Assembly (NCBI GenBank): GCA_031413955.1
Contig: JANOGB010000024.1
Span: 709-64,708 of the forward strand
Origin: Planctomycetota bacterium
GTDB taxonomy: Bacteria; Planctomycetota; UBA1135; GCA-002686595
DNA length: 64,000 nucleotides
Direction of reading: 5' to 3'
Shown piece by piece: positions 11,632 to 20,182 of this stretch. Each line of letters opens with the position of its first letter. Positions within the stretch are counted from its first letter, which is position 1. The translations under genes were made by a program, and so were the position numbers. The notes beneath the pieces were generated by a model. That model did no database searches. It saw only the letters and a list, made by a program, of their open reading frames with translations, and was not told the DNA's origin.

Positions 11632-14284
11632 GGGTGATTTCCTCGGGTGTGGAGCGCGCTCGTGCGTGCGGGGCGTCGGCCCGCATGCGTTCCCAGTCTT
11701 CGAGCGACAGGAGGACCTCGCGCGCCTTGCTGCCCTTGAACTCGCCCACCAGGCCCTCGCTGCACATCAGGTCGAGCAGGCGCGAGGCGCGCGTGTAACC
11801 GATGCCGAGCGCGCGCTGCAGCAGGCTGGCGGAGCCGCGCTTCGACTTCAGGATGATGCGCACGGCCTCGTCGAACAGCTCGTCCTGCTCGCCGCCCCCG
11901 CCGGCGTCGCTGGCGGAGCGCTGGCCGGTCGCGGACTGGATCAGCTCCTGGCTGAAGGTCGGCACCGAGTGCTGGCGGATGAAGTCGACCACGCCCTGGA
12001 TCTCGTGGTCCTCGACCAGCGCGCCCTGCACGCGGTTGATCTGCGAGCTCTGCGGCGGCGTGTACAGCATGTCGCCCTGCCCGAGGAGCTTCTCCGCGCC
12101 CATCTGGTCCAGGATCACGCGACTGTCGACCTTGCTCGCCACCTGGAAGGCGATGCGGCACGGCAGGTTGCCCTTGAGCACGCCGGTGATCACGTCCGTT
12201 GAGGGGCGCTGCGTGGCGACGATCACGTGGATGCCCACGGCGCGCGACTTCTGCGCCAGGCGGGTGATCGAGAGCTCGGCCTCTTTCTTGGAGGCCATCA
12301 TGAGGTCGGCCATCTCGTCGATGACCATGACGATGTACGGGACGTGGCGCGGGGTGCGCTCTGCGTCGAACTGGTCTCCGAGCCGCTGCTTCAGGCCTTC
12401 CTCGCCGAGCGCGTTGTAGCCCTTGATGTTGCGCACGCCGGCGCGCTGGAACAGCTCGTAGCGGCCTTCCATCTTTTCGACCGCCCACAGGAGCACGTTC
12501 GTCGCCTGGCGCATGTCGCTGACCACCGGCAGCATCATGTGCGGAACGGTCGCGAACATCTGCAGCTCGACCATCTTCGGGTCCACCAGGATCAGCTGCA
12601 CGTCGTGCGGCGAGCGCGTCAGGAGCAAGCTCACCAGGATCCCGTTGATGCACACCGACTTGCCCGAACCGGTCGTGCCGGCGATCAGGAGGTGCGGCAT
12701 GCGCGAGAGGTCCTCGACGATCGCGTTGCCTTCGGCGTCCATGCCGAGGAACAGCGGCAGGGCCATGAACTTCTTGTCGTAGGCCTTCTGCGTGACGAGC
12801 TCGGAGAGGCGCACGACGCGGCGCTTCTCGTTCGGGACCTCGATGCCGATCGTCGACTTGCCCGGGATCGGGGCGATGATGCGCACCGATTTCGCGCGCA
12901 GAGCCGCCGCGATCTCCTGGCTGAGCTGCGTGACCTTGTTCAGGCGCGTGCCCTGGGCCACCTCGAGCTCGTACAGGGTCACTGCGGGGCCGACCTTCGC
13001 GCCGACGACGGTGGCGTCGACGCGGAACGACCTGAGAGCGTTTTCCAGCCGTCTCGCCTGCGCCTCGACCGCGCGCTCGTCATCCAGGCTCGAAGGGCGA
13101 GCCGGCTCGAGTAACTCGAGCGGCGGCAGCTTCCAGTCGCCGGGCGGCGGCGTGGGCGGCTCCAGCGCGGCCGAGAGCGCCGCAGGAGCCCGCGCGGGCA
13201 CGCGCTTCACGGGCTCGACGTCGGCATCCGCGCCGGGCTCACCGCCGGACTCCGCCGCCTGGTTCCAATCGTCCAGGTCGGCGTCGTAGTCCTCGCTGGG
13301 CTCGGCGGCGTCGTCGTCGTCGTCGTCCTTCTTCTCGTCGTCGTCCTTGTCGGCGACTTCTTCTTCGTCGTCGTCGACCCAGTCGACGTCATCGCCGTCG
13401 AATTCCTCCTCGTCTTCTTCGGCGACGAGATCTCCGGGCCCGGACGGCACGGCGATCTCTCCGGGCGGGGATTCCGTGCCAACCCTCTTCTTGCGGGTGG
13501 CCGGAGCGGGCGGAACGAGCACGGCATGAGCCAGTTGTGGCTCGAGGTCCGCGCCGCGGAGGAAGCTCCACAAACCGACGAGGAGCCGCCTGAGCCAACC
13601 GAGGATCGCCGCGGGAGCGCTTTCGCCTCCCTTGCCTTGGCGCTCGGCGATCCAGTCCCGAAACGCTAGTCCAGCAGGGTAGAAGGCCATTTCGGTCGCA
13701 AGCATGAAGGAGATGAGGGTCGAGAGAACCAACAGGATCCAAAGCCCGGGGTACCCGAGCTTTTCGACGAGTATGGGCGGGACGTATTGTCCGCCAACGC
13801 CCGGCCCGACGAGCTCGAGAGCGAGAAACCCGCCGGGCCCGTAGGGTAGGTCATGGCCGCGGTCACCCGCGGCGAGCTGGAAGAGAAACGCAGACGAGAT
13901 CAGGAAGCAAGCGCTTCCAAGAACTCTCACGAGCGGCATCGAGATACCCTTGCGCGCGACCAGCACCGAGCCCCAGGTCGCGGCGAGCAGCACCAGCGAA
14001 TAGGCGCTCCAGCCGAAGCCCGCGAAGGCCCAGGCGGCGACGTAGGCGCCGGCCTGCCCGCCCCAGTTCCCGCCCTCGGCTCCCGCGCGGGGGCGCTCGA
14101 AGCTCGTCAAGGACAGGAGGAGCCACAGGGAAAGCCCGATCGAGAGGAGGCCGAGCATCTCACGGATGCGCTGCGAGGTCTCGCTCGCCGCACCCTCGGC
14201 CCCGTCGCCGAGGGCCAGGCGCTCGAACAACCCCGCTCCGCGCGAACGACCGCGCTGCGCTTTCTTCTCCTTGCTGCCGGCCAT
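11624..14284 (-). CDS. ftsK: DNA translocase FtsK/SpoIIIE
   Basis: N-terminal TM helices, acidic linker (DDDEEEVADKDDDEKKDDDDDD), Walker A GTTGSGKSV, Walker B VMVIDEMADL, and gamma domain DELFDEAVRIILKSKRGSASLLQRALGIGYTRASRLLDLM. Start taken at ATG 14284 (MAGSKEKK). Confidence 0.93.
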   Translation of the reverse strand: MAGSKEKKAQRGRSRGAGLFERLALGDGAEGAASETSQRIREMLGLLSIGLSLWLLLSLTSFERPRAGAEGGNWGGQAGAYVAAWAFAGFGWSAYSLVLLAATWGSVLVARKGISMPLVRVLGSACFLISSAFLFQLAAGDRGHDLPYGPGGFLALELVGPGVGGQYVPPILVEKLGYPGLWILLVLSTLISFMLATEMAFYPAGLAFRDWIAERQGKGGESAPAAILGWLRRLLVGLWSFLRGADLEPQLAHAVLVPPAPATRKKRVGTESPPGEIAVPSGPGDLVAEEDEEEFDGDDVDWVDDDEEEVADKDDDEKKDDDDDDAAEPSEDYDADLDDWNQAAESGGEPGADADVEPVKRVPARAPAALSAALEPPTPPPGDWKLPPLELLEPARPSSLDDERAVEAQARRLENALRSFRVDATVVGAKVGPAVTLYELEVAQGTRLNKVTQLSQEIAAALRAKSVRIIAPIPGKSTIGIEVPNEKRRVVRLSELVTQKAYDKKFMALPLFLGMDAEGNAIVEDLSRMPHLLIAGTTGSGKSVCINGILVSLLLTRSPHDVQLILVDPKMVELQMFATVPHMMLPVVSDMRQATNVLLWAVEKMEGRYELFQRAGVRNIKGYNALGEEGLKQRLGDQFDAERTPRHVPYIVMVIDEMADLMMASKKEAELSITRLAQKSRAVGIHVIVATQRPSTDVITGVLKGNLPCRIAFQVASKVDSRVILDQMGAEKLLGQGDMLYTPPQSSQINRVQGALVEDHEIQGVVDFIRQHSVPTFSQELIQSATGQRSASDAGGGGEQDELFDEAVRIILKSKRGSASLLQRALGIGYTRASRLLDLMCSEGLVGEFKGSKAREVLLSLEDWERMRADAPHARARSTPEEITHE

Positions 14285-14382
14285 CGAGGTACGAGCGGCG
14301 CCAGCTTTCTGCCGTGGAGTGGCGACCGCGGAGGCGAAACATAGCGTCTCGCCCACCGGAATCGGCCAGTTTCTTCGGTCCC

Positions 14383-15030
14383 CTATCTGGCGCTCGCCTG
14401 GACGAGCTTCGGCAGCCGCACGAGGACCTCGGCCACCGCTCTCTTCGTCCGCCGTTCGAGGCGCCGCTCGGAGCCGTCACAACCCAGGATCGTCACGCTC
14501 GTCCGCGCTCCTCCCAGGGCGCTCTGGTCGTTGAGGACGATGTAATCGGCGCCCTTCCGGCGCAGTTTGGCGCGCGCGCGCGCCTCGCCCGCGCCGGTTT
14601 CCAGAGCGAAGCCGACCACGAGCCGGCGTCCCTTGCGGCGCGCGAGGCTTGCCAGGATGTCCGGGTTGCGCACCAGCTCTATTTTTGCAACATCCTCGGA
14701 TTCGCTGTCCTTGCGCCACTTTCCTGAGCGCTTTCGGAGCGGCCGCCAATCGGCCACCGCGGCGCACATGAACAGCACGTCCGCGCTCCGGAAGGCCCGG
14801 CGGGTCGCGGCCAGCATGTCGCGCGCGCTCACGACGTCGGTGCGCCCCACCCCGGGCGGCGTCGGCAGGTGCACCGGGCCCGCCACGAGGGTCACCCGAT
14901 GGCCCGCGCGCGCCGCAGCGGCCGCGATCTCGAAGCCCATGCGCCCGCTGGACTCGTTGGTCAGGTAGCGCACGGGGTCGACGTGCTCGCGGGTAGGACC
15001 CGCCGTCACGAGAACCCGCTTGGGAGGCAT
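14383..15030 (-). CDS. coaB: phosphopantothenate--cysteine ligase (CoaB part of CoaBC)
   Basis: MPPKRVLVTAGPTREHVDPVRYLTNESSGRMG... ATG at 15030 lies 2 nt after the coaC stop. Confidence 0.85.
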   Translation of the reverse strand: MPPKRVLVTAGPTREHVDPVRYLTNESSGRMGFEIAAAAARAGHRVTLVAGPVHLPTPPGVGRTDVVSARDMLAATRRAFRSADVLFMCAAVADWRPLRKRSGKWRKDSESEDVAKIELVRNPDILASLARRKGRRLVVGFALETGAGEARARAKLRRKGADYIVLNDQSALGGARTSVTILGCDGSERRLERRTKRAVAEVLVRLPKLVQASAR

Positions 15031-15032
15031 CC

Positions 15033-15572
15033 CTACCCCATCCGCTGCCTGAGCCGCGCGACGATCGTTGCAGGCTCGGCGAGCCGTCCACGGCCCTCGT
15101 CCCCGCACGCGAGCCGCCCGGCGTCCGGCTCGATCAACTCCCAGCCGTCCCGCCCGAGCTGGGTCAGGTGCCGCGCGATCGGGGCCGCGGCCAGCATGTG
15201 CGGGTTCATGGCCGGGCACAGGAGGCGCGGCACGTTCGGGGGGAGCGCCAGGGCCACGGTCGTGACGAGATCGTCCGCCAGGCCGAGGGCCAGGCGCGCG
15301 AGCAGGTCGGCCGTGGCTGGCGCCACCAGGAACACCTGCGCCCAGCGCGCGAGCTCGATGTGATCCATCCCCGCGCGGCGCGCGTCGCCGAACTCGGTGA
15401 CGAAGGCAGCCTGGCCGGTGAGGGCCTCGAAGAGCTGGGGCCGCACGAGCTCGGCCGCGCGCGGCGTCAGGAGGCAGCGCACCTCGTGGCCGTCCTGGGC
15501 GAGCGTGCTCGCCAGATCGCAAGCCTTGTGCAGGGCCGCGGAAGCGCCGGCAGCCAGGAGGATGCGGCTCAT
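15033..15572 (-). CDS. coaC: phosphopantothenoylcysteine decarboxylase flavoprotein (CoaC part of CoaBC)
   Basis: ILLAAGASAALHKACDLASTL, CPAMNPHM and LACGDEGRGRLAEP motifs. TAG stop at 15033-15035. Confidence 0.85.
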   Translation of the reverse strand: MSRILLAAGASAALHKACDLASTLAQDGHEVRCLLTPRAAELVRPQLFEALTGQAAFVTEFGDARRAGMDHIELARWAQVFLVAPATADLLARLALGLADDLVTTVALALPPNVPRLLCPAMNPHMLAAAPIARHLTQLGRDGWELIEPDAGRLACGDEGRGRLAEPATIVARLRQRMG

Positions 15573-15604
15573 GCGTTGCGCCTCTGTTGCAACTGTTCTC
15601 CTTC

Positions 15605-15690
15605 TCTCTGTGAGGCTCTGTGCCCTCCGTGTCTCTGTGGTCGGTTCGATCCAACCACAGAGGCGCAGAGGGCACAGAGGTCCACAGAGA
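15605..15690. repeat. palindromic repeat, CACAGAGG family (short copy)
   Basis: The arms tctctgtgaggctctgtgccctccgtgtctctgtgg and ccacagaggcgcagagggcacagaggtccacagaga are near reverse complements around the loop tcggttcgatccaa. It fills the coaC-gmk intergenic gap. Confidence 0.8.
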
Positions 15691-16266
15691 TCAGCGCGCG
15701 CTCCCGCGCGGTTCCAGGCTCAGGCCCGCCAGGCGCCGCACCTCGGTCACGGCCCGTTCCAGATCGACGTTCACGACCACGTGATCGTAGCGCTCGCGCG
15801 CGCGCATCTCCTCGCGCGCCTTCGCCATCCGTCGCTCGATCACGTCGGGCGAGTCCGTGCCGCGCTGTTCGAGGCGCGTGCGCAGGCTCGCCAGATCCGG
15901 GGGCGCGATGAAGATGTACACGCCCGGCAGCCCCAGGGCCTTGAGCTGCGCGCCGCCCTGCACGTCGATCTCGAGCAAGAAGACTTTCCCCGCCGCGAGC
16001 GCGCGCTCCATGGGGCCGCGCGGCGTGCCGTACAGGTTGCCGTGCACCTCGGCCCACTCGATGAAGGCCCCGCGCTCGATCTCGGCTCGGAAGCGCGCCT
16101 TGTCCAGGAAGTCGTAGTCGCGGCCCTCGACCTCGCCCGTGCGCGGCGCGCGGGTGGTGGCGCTGACCGAGAACTCCACGCGCGGATCCGCCAGCAAGCG
16201 CTGGCAGATCGTGCTCTTGCCCGAACCCGAAGGGCCGGAAACTACCAGCATCGTGCCCTGGTTCAC
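15691..16266 (-). CDS. gmk: guanylate kinase
   Basis: SGPSGSGKST P-loop and TTRAPRTGEVEGRDYDF. Start is GTG 16266 or ATG 16251. Confidence 0.9.
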   Translation of the reverse strand: MNQGTMLVVSGPSGSGKSTICQRLLADPRVEFSVSATTRAPRTGEVEGRDYDFLDKARFRAEIERGAFIEWAEVHGNLYGTPRGPMERALAAGKVFLLEIDVQGGAQLKALGLPGVYIFIAPPDLASLRTRLEQRGTDSPDVIERRMAKAREEMRARERYDHVVVNVDLERAVTEVRRLAGLSLEPRGSAR

Positions 16267-16274
16267 GGCGCCGC

Positions 16275-17153
16275 CTACTCGACGTTCTGCACCTGCTCGC
16301 GCAGGCGCTCGACGTGGGTCTTGGCCTCCACAACCCAGTGGGCGACCGTGGCGTCCGAGCACTTGGCGCCGAGCGTGTTCACCTCGCGGAAGATCTCCTG
16401 CACCAGGAAATCGAGCTGGCGTCCGATGCGCCCGCCCTTGGCTACGAAGGTCTCGAGCTGACCCAGGTGGCTCGCCAGGCGGGTGAGCTCCTCGGACACG
16501 TCCAGCTTGTCGGCCTGCAGCGCGATCTCGCGCGCGAGGTCCGCACTGGTCACGGGCACCTTCCCGCCGAGCAGCGCCTGGACGCGCTTCTCCAGCGCGG
16601 CGCGCTGACCGCGCACGACGCTCGGCAGGCGCTTCTGGATGCGCGCCGCGAGCTTCTCGAGCGCCTGCGCGTTCTTGCGCAAGTCGGCTGCCAGCGCCGC
16701 GCCCTCGGTGGCGCGCATCGCCAGCATGCCCGCCAGCGCCTGGTCCACGAGCTCCAGCACGGCCGCGCGCACCTGGCTGCCGTCTTCCACGGCGGCGGAT
16801 TCGCACAACACGCCCGGCAGGTTCACGAGCGTGTCCAGCGAGAGCGCGGCGGGGAGCCCGAGCTCGCCCGCCAGGGCCGTGAGTTCGCGCGCGTAGCGCC
16901 GTGCGAGCTCGCGATCGACGTGTGCCGGGCTCGCGCCCTCGGAACGATCCAGCGCCAGGTTGACGCTCACCGTGCCGCGCTCGCACTGCGCGCGCACACG
17001 CTCCTCGACCTCCGGTTCGAGCGCCGCCAGGGTCTCGGGCAAGCGCGTCTTCACGGCCAGGTGCCGGTGGTTGACGCTGCGCACCTCGACCCGCAGCGAC
17101 GCGCCCTGCGCCTCGCTCGAGGCGGATCCGAAGCCCGTCATCGAGCGCAGCAT
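16275..17153 (-). CDS. yicC: YicC family stress-induced protein / endoribonuclease
   Basis: N-terminal MLRSMTGFG and C-terminal DVSEELTRLASHL...QLDFLVQEIFREVNTLGAK. Confidence 0.88.
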   Translation of the reverse strand: MLRSMTGFGSASSEAQGASLRVEVRSVNHRHLAVKTRLPETLAALEPEVEERVRAQCERGTVSVNLALDRSEGASPAHVDRELARRYARELTALAGELGLPAALSLDTLVNLPGVLCESAAVEDGSQVRAAVLELVDQALAGMLAMRATEGAALAADLRKNAQALEKLAARIQKRLPSVVRGQRAALEKRVQALLGGKVPVTSADLAREIALQADKLDVSEELTRLASHLGQLETFVAKGGRIGRQLDFLVQEIFREVNTLGAKCSDATVAHWVVEAKTHVERLREQVQNVE

Positions 17154-17172
17154 GGCGCGGGATCCGCGGGAC

Positions 17173-17451
17173 CTACTTCGTGGGATCGGCCGGCGTGACG
17201 AGCGCGTCCAGGACCGAGCCACCGGGCTCGGTGCGGTCGAGCACGTGCAGGGTCACGGCCGAGGCCAGGAAGAAGAAGGCTACCCACATCGTGAACTTGT
17301 GGATGCCCTGGGCGGCGACGCCGAAGGTCTGCTGGCCGTGCTCGCCGAGGGCCTGGCCGAAGCCGCCACCGCGCCCTTCCTGCAGCAGGATGACGACGAT
17401 CAGCACGATCGCGAGAACCACGAAGACGATGTAGAGGAATACGGAAAGCAT
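17173..17451 (-). CDS. secG: preprotein translocase subunit SecG
   Basis: 92-aa two-TM protein with ILLQEGRGGGFG. Start at ATG 17451. Confidence 0.85.
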   Translation of the reverse strand: MLSVFLYIVFVVLAIVLIVVILLQEGRGGGFGQALGEHGQQTFGVAAQGIHKFTMWVAFFFLASAVTLHVLDRTEPGGSVLDALVTPADPTK

Positions 17452-17520
17452 GGAGCGCTCGAGTGACTTAGCAGGCCGTTGAAAAAGTCCCGTCGCGAGG
17501 CAAAGCACGCTTGGACGGGG

Positions 17521-18426
17521 CTAGGAACGCGACAGAGAGACAGCGGAAGCGGCCCTTCTGGCCGCTGAGCATGGCCTGGCTTGATACGAAACGACGAGCG
17601 TGACGACGCCACGTCGAAGCGTGCGAAGCCGTAGTAGGGACCTTTTCCAACGGACTGCTAGCGCGGAGCCGCGTCGATGATCGGGAGGAAGGTCTCGCTC
17701 TTCAAGGATGCACCGCCGACCAGGGCCCCCGTCGACGTCCGGGGCCACGAGGATCGAGGCGGCGTTGTTCGCCGTGACGCTGCCGCCGTACTGGATGCAC
17801 AGGCTCTCGGCCGCGCCCTCGTCGTACAGGCCCGAGAGCACGCCGCGCAGGTACTGGTGGACCTGGCTCGCCTGCTCGGGCGTGGCGTTCTGGCCCGTGC
17901 CGATGGCCCAGACGGGTTCGTAGGCCAGCGTGATGCGCGCGAGCTCGGCCCGGGTCACACCCGCCAGGGCGCGCGTGAGCTGGCGCGCGACGACCGTTTC
18001 GGTGCGCTTCTCGCGCCGTTCCTCGAGCGTCTCACCGACGCACAGGATCGCCTCCAGATCGGCCTCGAGCAGGCGCCGGAGCTTCTGGTTGGCGAGCTCG
18101 TCGCTCTCACTGTAAACGTGCCGCCGCTCGGAGTGCCCCACCAGCGCGAAGCGCGCGCCAACGTCCTTCAGCATGCCGGCCGAGACCTCGCCCGTGAAGG
18201 CGCCGGAAACGCGCTCGCACACGTCCTGCGCGCCCACCAGAATTGCGCTCCCCGCCAGGGCCTGGACCACCTCGGAGAGGTACACGAAGGGCGGGACCAC
18301 GGCCACGCGCAGGCCTTGCCCGCGTTGCGCGGCACCGCGTTGCTCGCGCAGGGTGGCGCACAGCGCGAGCGCCGCCTTGCGGTCGAGATTCATCTTCCAG
18401 TTGCCGGCGACGAAGCCCTTCCTCAT
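17521..18426 (-). CDS. tpiA: triose-phosphate isomerase, 3' end out of frame (literal ORF; restored frame would stop at 17658)
   Basis: AGNWKMN, VGHSERR, YEPVWAIGTG and YGGSV motifs. After DVDG the frame reads GPGRRCILEE. Removing one base from the C5 run at 17726-17730 gives the canonical DGALVGGASLKSETFLPIIDAAPR and a stop. Confidence 0.88.
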   Translation of the reverse strand: MRKGFVAGNWKMNLDRKAALALCATLREQRGAAQRGQGLRVAVVPPFVYLSEVVQALAGSAILVGAQDVCERVSGAFTGEVSAGMLKDVGARFALVGHSERRHVYSESDELANQKLRRLLEADLEAILCVGETLEERREKRTETVVARQLTRALAGVTRAELARITLAYEPVWAIGTGQNATPEQASQVHQYLRGVLSGLYDEGAAESLCIQYGGSVTANNAASILVAPDVDGGPGRRCILEERDLPPDHRRGSALAVRWKRSLLRLRTLRRGVVTLVVSYQARPCSAARRAASAVSLSRS

Positions 18427-19508
18427 GCCTTGCCTCGCTGGCGCACGCCCGCGCCCTTGGCAGCCGGCTCGGGCGCCTCCTTGCCGACCACCAGCCGGCG
18501 GCCGTCCAGGCGCACGAGCGCCGCCGCGGCGCGCGCAATCTCGGCGAAATCGGCCGGCGAGACGGCCTGCGCGCCGTCCGAGCGCGCCTCGTTCGGCTGC
18601 GTGTGCACCTCCACCATCAGGCCATCCGCGCCCGCCGCCAGGCCCGCCTTGGAGAGCGGCAGGACCAGATCGGCGCGACCCGCCGCGTGCGAGGGATCGA
18701 CGATCACGGGCAGGTGCGTGACGCGCTTCAGGTACGCGATGGTGCCCACGTCGAGCACGTGGCGCGTCACCTGGTCGAAGCCGCGCACGCCGCGCTCGCA
18801 CAGGATCACGTGCTCGTTGCCGCGCGCCAGGACGTGCTCGGCCGCCAGCAGGAACTCGCGCACCGTGGCCGCCGCGCCGCGCTTGAGGAGCACGACCTTG
18901 CCCGTGCGCGCGACCTCGGCCAGCAGCCCGTAGTTGGCCATGCTGCGCGCGCCGATCTGCAGCACGTCGGCCACCGCGGCCACGGCCTCCACGTCGCGCG
19001 GATCGAGCACCTCGGTCACGATCGGCAGTCCGACCGCAGCGCCGACGCGCGCCAGGCGCTCCAGCCCCTCGCGCCCGGCGCCCTGGAACGAATAGGGCGA
19101 GGTGCGCGGCTTGAAGGCCCCGCCGCGCAGGCACGTGGCGCCCACCGCGCGTACCGCGCGCGCGATCTCGAGCAGTCGTTCCTCGTCCTCGACCGCGCAG
19201 GGCCCGGCGATCAGGGACACGTAGGGACCGCCGAAAGCCGCCTCGCCCACGCGCTGGATCGTGTCCTCGCGCCCGGGGGTGCGCTCCCCGAGCTCGGGCG
19301 CGTCGGCGGCGTCCAGCACGCCGGCCACGAAGGAAAGGTCCTCGAAGGCCACCCGGTCGCTCGGTTGGGGCCGTCCGGCCTTGCGTTCGAGCTCGACCAC
19401 GAGCTTGCCGCGGTCGAGGAAGTGGAGCTCGTACCCCCGCTCGCGGGCCACCCGCTGGAGCACGTCCAGGTCGGAGGCGGTGAGGGAGGAACGCAGGCGC
19501 AGGAGCAT
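18423..19508 (-). CDS. aroF: 3-deoxy-7-phosphoheptulonate (DAHP) synthase, type I-beta with N-terminal regulatory domain
   Basis: IAGPCAVEDEE, LRGGAFKPRTSPYSFQG and IVDPSHAAG motifs. ATG 19508. The stop overlaps the tpiA start (ATGA). Confidence 0.88.
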   Translation of the reverse strand: MLLRLRSSLTASDLDVLQRVARERGYELHFLDRGKLVVELERKAGRPQPSDRVAFEDLSFVAGVLDAADAPELGERTPGREDTIQRVGEAAFGGPYVSLIAGPCAVEDEERLLEIARAVRAVGATCLRGGAFKPRTSPYSFQGAGREGLERLARVGAAVGLPIVTEVLDPRDVEAVAAVADVLQIGARSMANYGLLAEVARTGKVVLLKRGAAATVREFLLAAEHVLARGNEHVILCERGVRGFDQVTRHVLDVGTIAYLKRVTHLPVIVDPSHAAGRADLVLPLSKAGLAAGADGLMVEVHTQPNEARSDGAQAVSPADFAEIARAAAALVRLDGRRLVVGKEAPEPAAKGAGVRQRGKA

Positions 19509-19567
19509 GGGAAGGGGGGCGGGACTCTCGTGTACGCCGAGAGAACCGAGCAGTATAGGGGCGCCCC

Positions 19568-20182
19568 GTGCGGCCGACAATTCGGCCCGATCTGACGCAC
19601 TTCCCGATCCGCCGCGTGCCCCACCTCGACGCCCTGTTGCCGCTGCTCAGCCTGGACCGCCTGCCGCGCACGGGCTGGCTGGTCGCGGGCGTGGCCAACC
19701 CGGAGACCGTGGCGGCCCATTCGCTGGGCACGGCCCTGGTCGTGCTGGCCCTCGGGCCATGCGTCGCGCCCGCCCTGGACGTGGATCGCGCGGTCAGCCT
19801 GGCGGTGCTGCACGACGCGCCCGAGGCCCTGCTCACCGATCTGCCGCGCTCGGCGGTCGAATGTCTGCCGAGCGGCGCCAAGGCTGCGGGCGAACGGAAG
19901 GCAGCCGAGCGATTGCTCGCGCCGCTCTCGGCTCTCGCCGCGCAACGCTTCGAGGAGTTCCGCGCCCAGGAAACGCGCGAGGCGCGCTTCGTGCGCCTGT
20001 GCGACCAGCTCCACCTCGGGCTGCGCTGGCTCGGATACCGGCGCGAGGGCGCGCGCGTGCCGGGTGGCTTCCGGAACGGACTCGAGGCCCTCGCCTGCGC
20101 CGAGTTCGCGCCCTGCGCCGAGCTCTGCGCCGAGATCCTGACCGCGGAGGACGAGCTCGTCGAAGGGCGTGTCCGGTCATGA
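19568..20182 (+). CDS. HD-domain phosphohydrolase (YfbR/HD_3-like)
   Basis: ETVAAHSLGTALV...LHDAPEALLTDLP HD signature. GTG start. Confidence 0.75.
   Translation: MRPTIRPDLTHFPIRRVPHLDALLPLLSLDRLPRTGWLVAGVANPETVAAHSLGTALVVLALGPCVAPALDVDRAVSLAVLHDAPEALLTDLPRSAVECLPSGAKAAGERKAAERLLAPLSALAAQRFEEFRAQETREARFVRLCDQLHLGLRWLGYRREGARVPGGFRNGLEALACAEFAPCAELCAEILTAEDELVEGRVRS

Noticed and set aside
8780-12202. Very long ORFs on the strand opposite to well-supported genes (for example 8780..12202 +, 23797..28230 +, 52753..56217 -, 150..2387 +, 17677..18933 +).
   Set aside because: Their translations are Arg/Ala/Gly/Pro-rich with no motifs. They overlap genes with clear family signatures. Stop codons are rare in any frame of such GC-rich DNA, so ORF length is not evidence here.
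13290-13400. GTC/GTCGTC-rich tract that looks like a tandem repeat.
   Set aside because: It is the coding sequence of the acidic FtsK linker (DDDEEEVADKDDDEKKDDDDDD). It is low-complexity coding DNA, not a discrete repeat element.
15641-15654. GGTTCGATCC, resembling a tRNA T-loop, in the loop of the 15605-15690 repeat (and again at 21262 inside the iscS start).
   Set aside because: There are no flanking acceptor, D or anticodon stems. The first is simply the hairpin loop of the repeat and the second is coding sequence. I found no tRNA in the window.
17452-17657. The 200-nt tpiA-secG spacer as a possible sRNA or tRNA locus. It contains hairpins cccgtc...gacggg followed by ACTTTTTC and gcggcc-agaag-ggccgc.
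   Set aside because: The stems are short with long loops, there is no recognisable RNA family, and the spacer length partly depends on the tpiA frame correction. I kept it only as a note.
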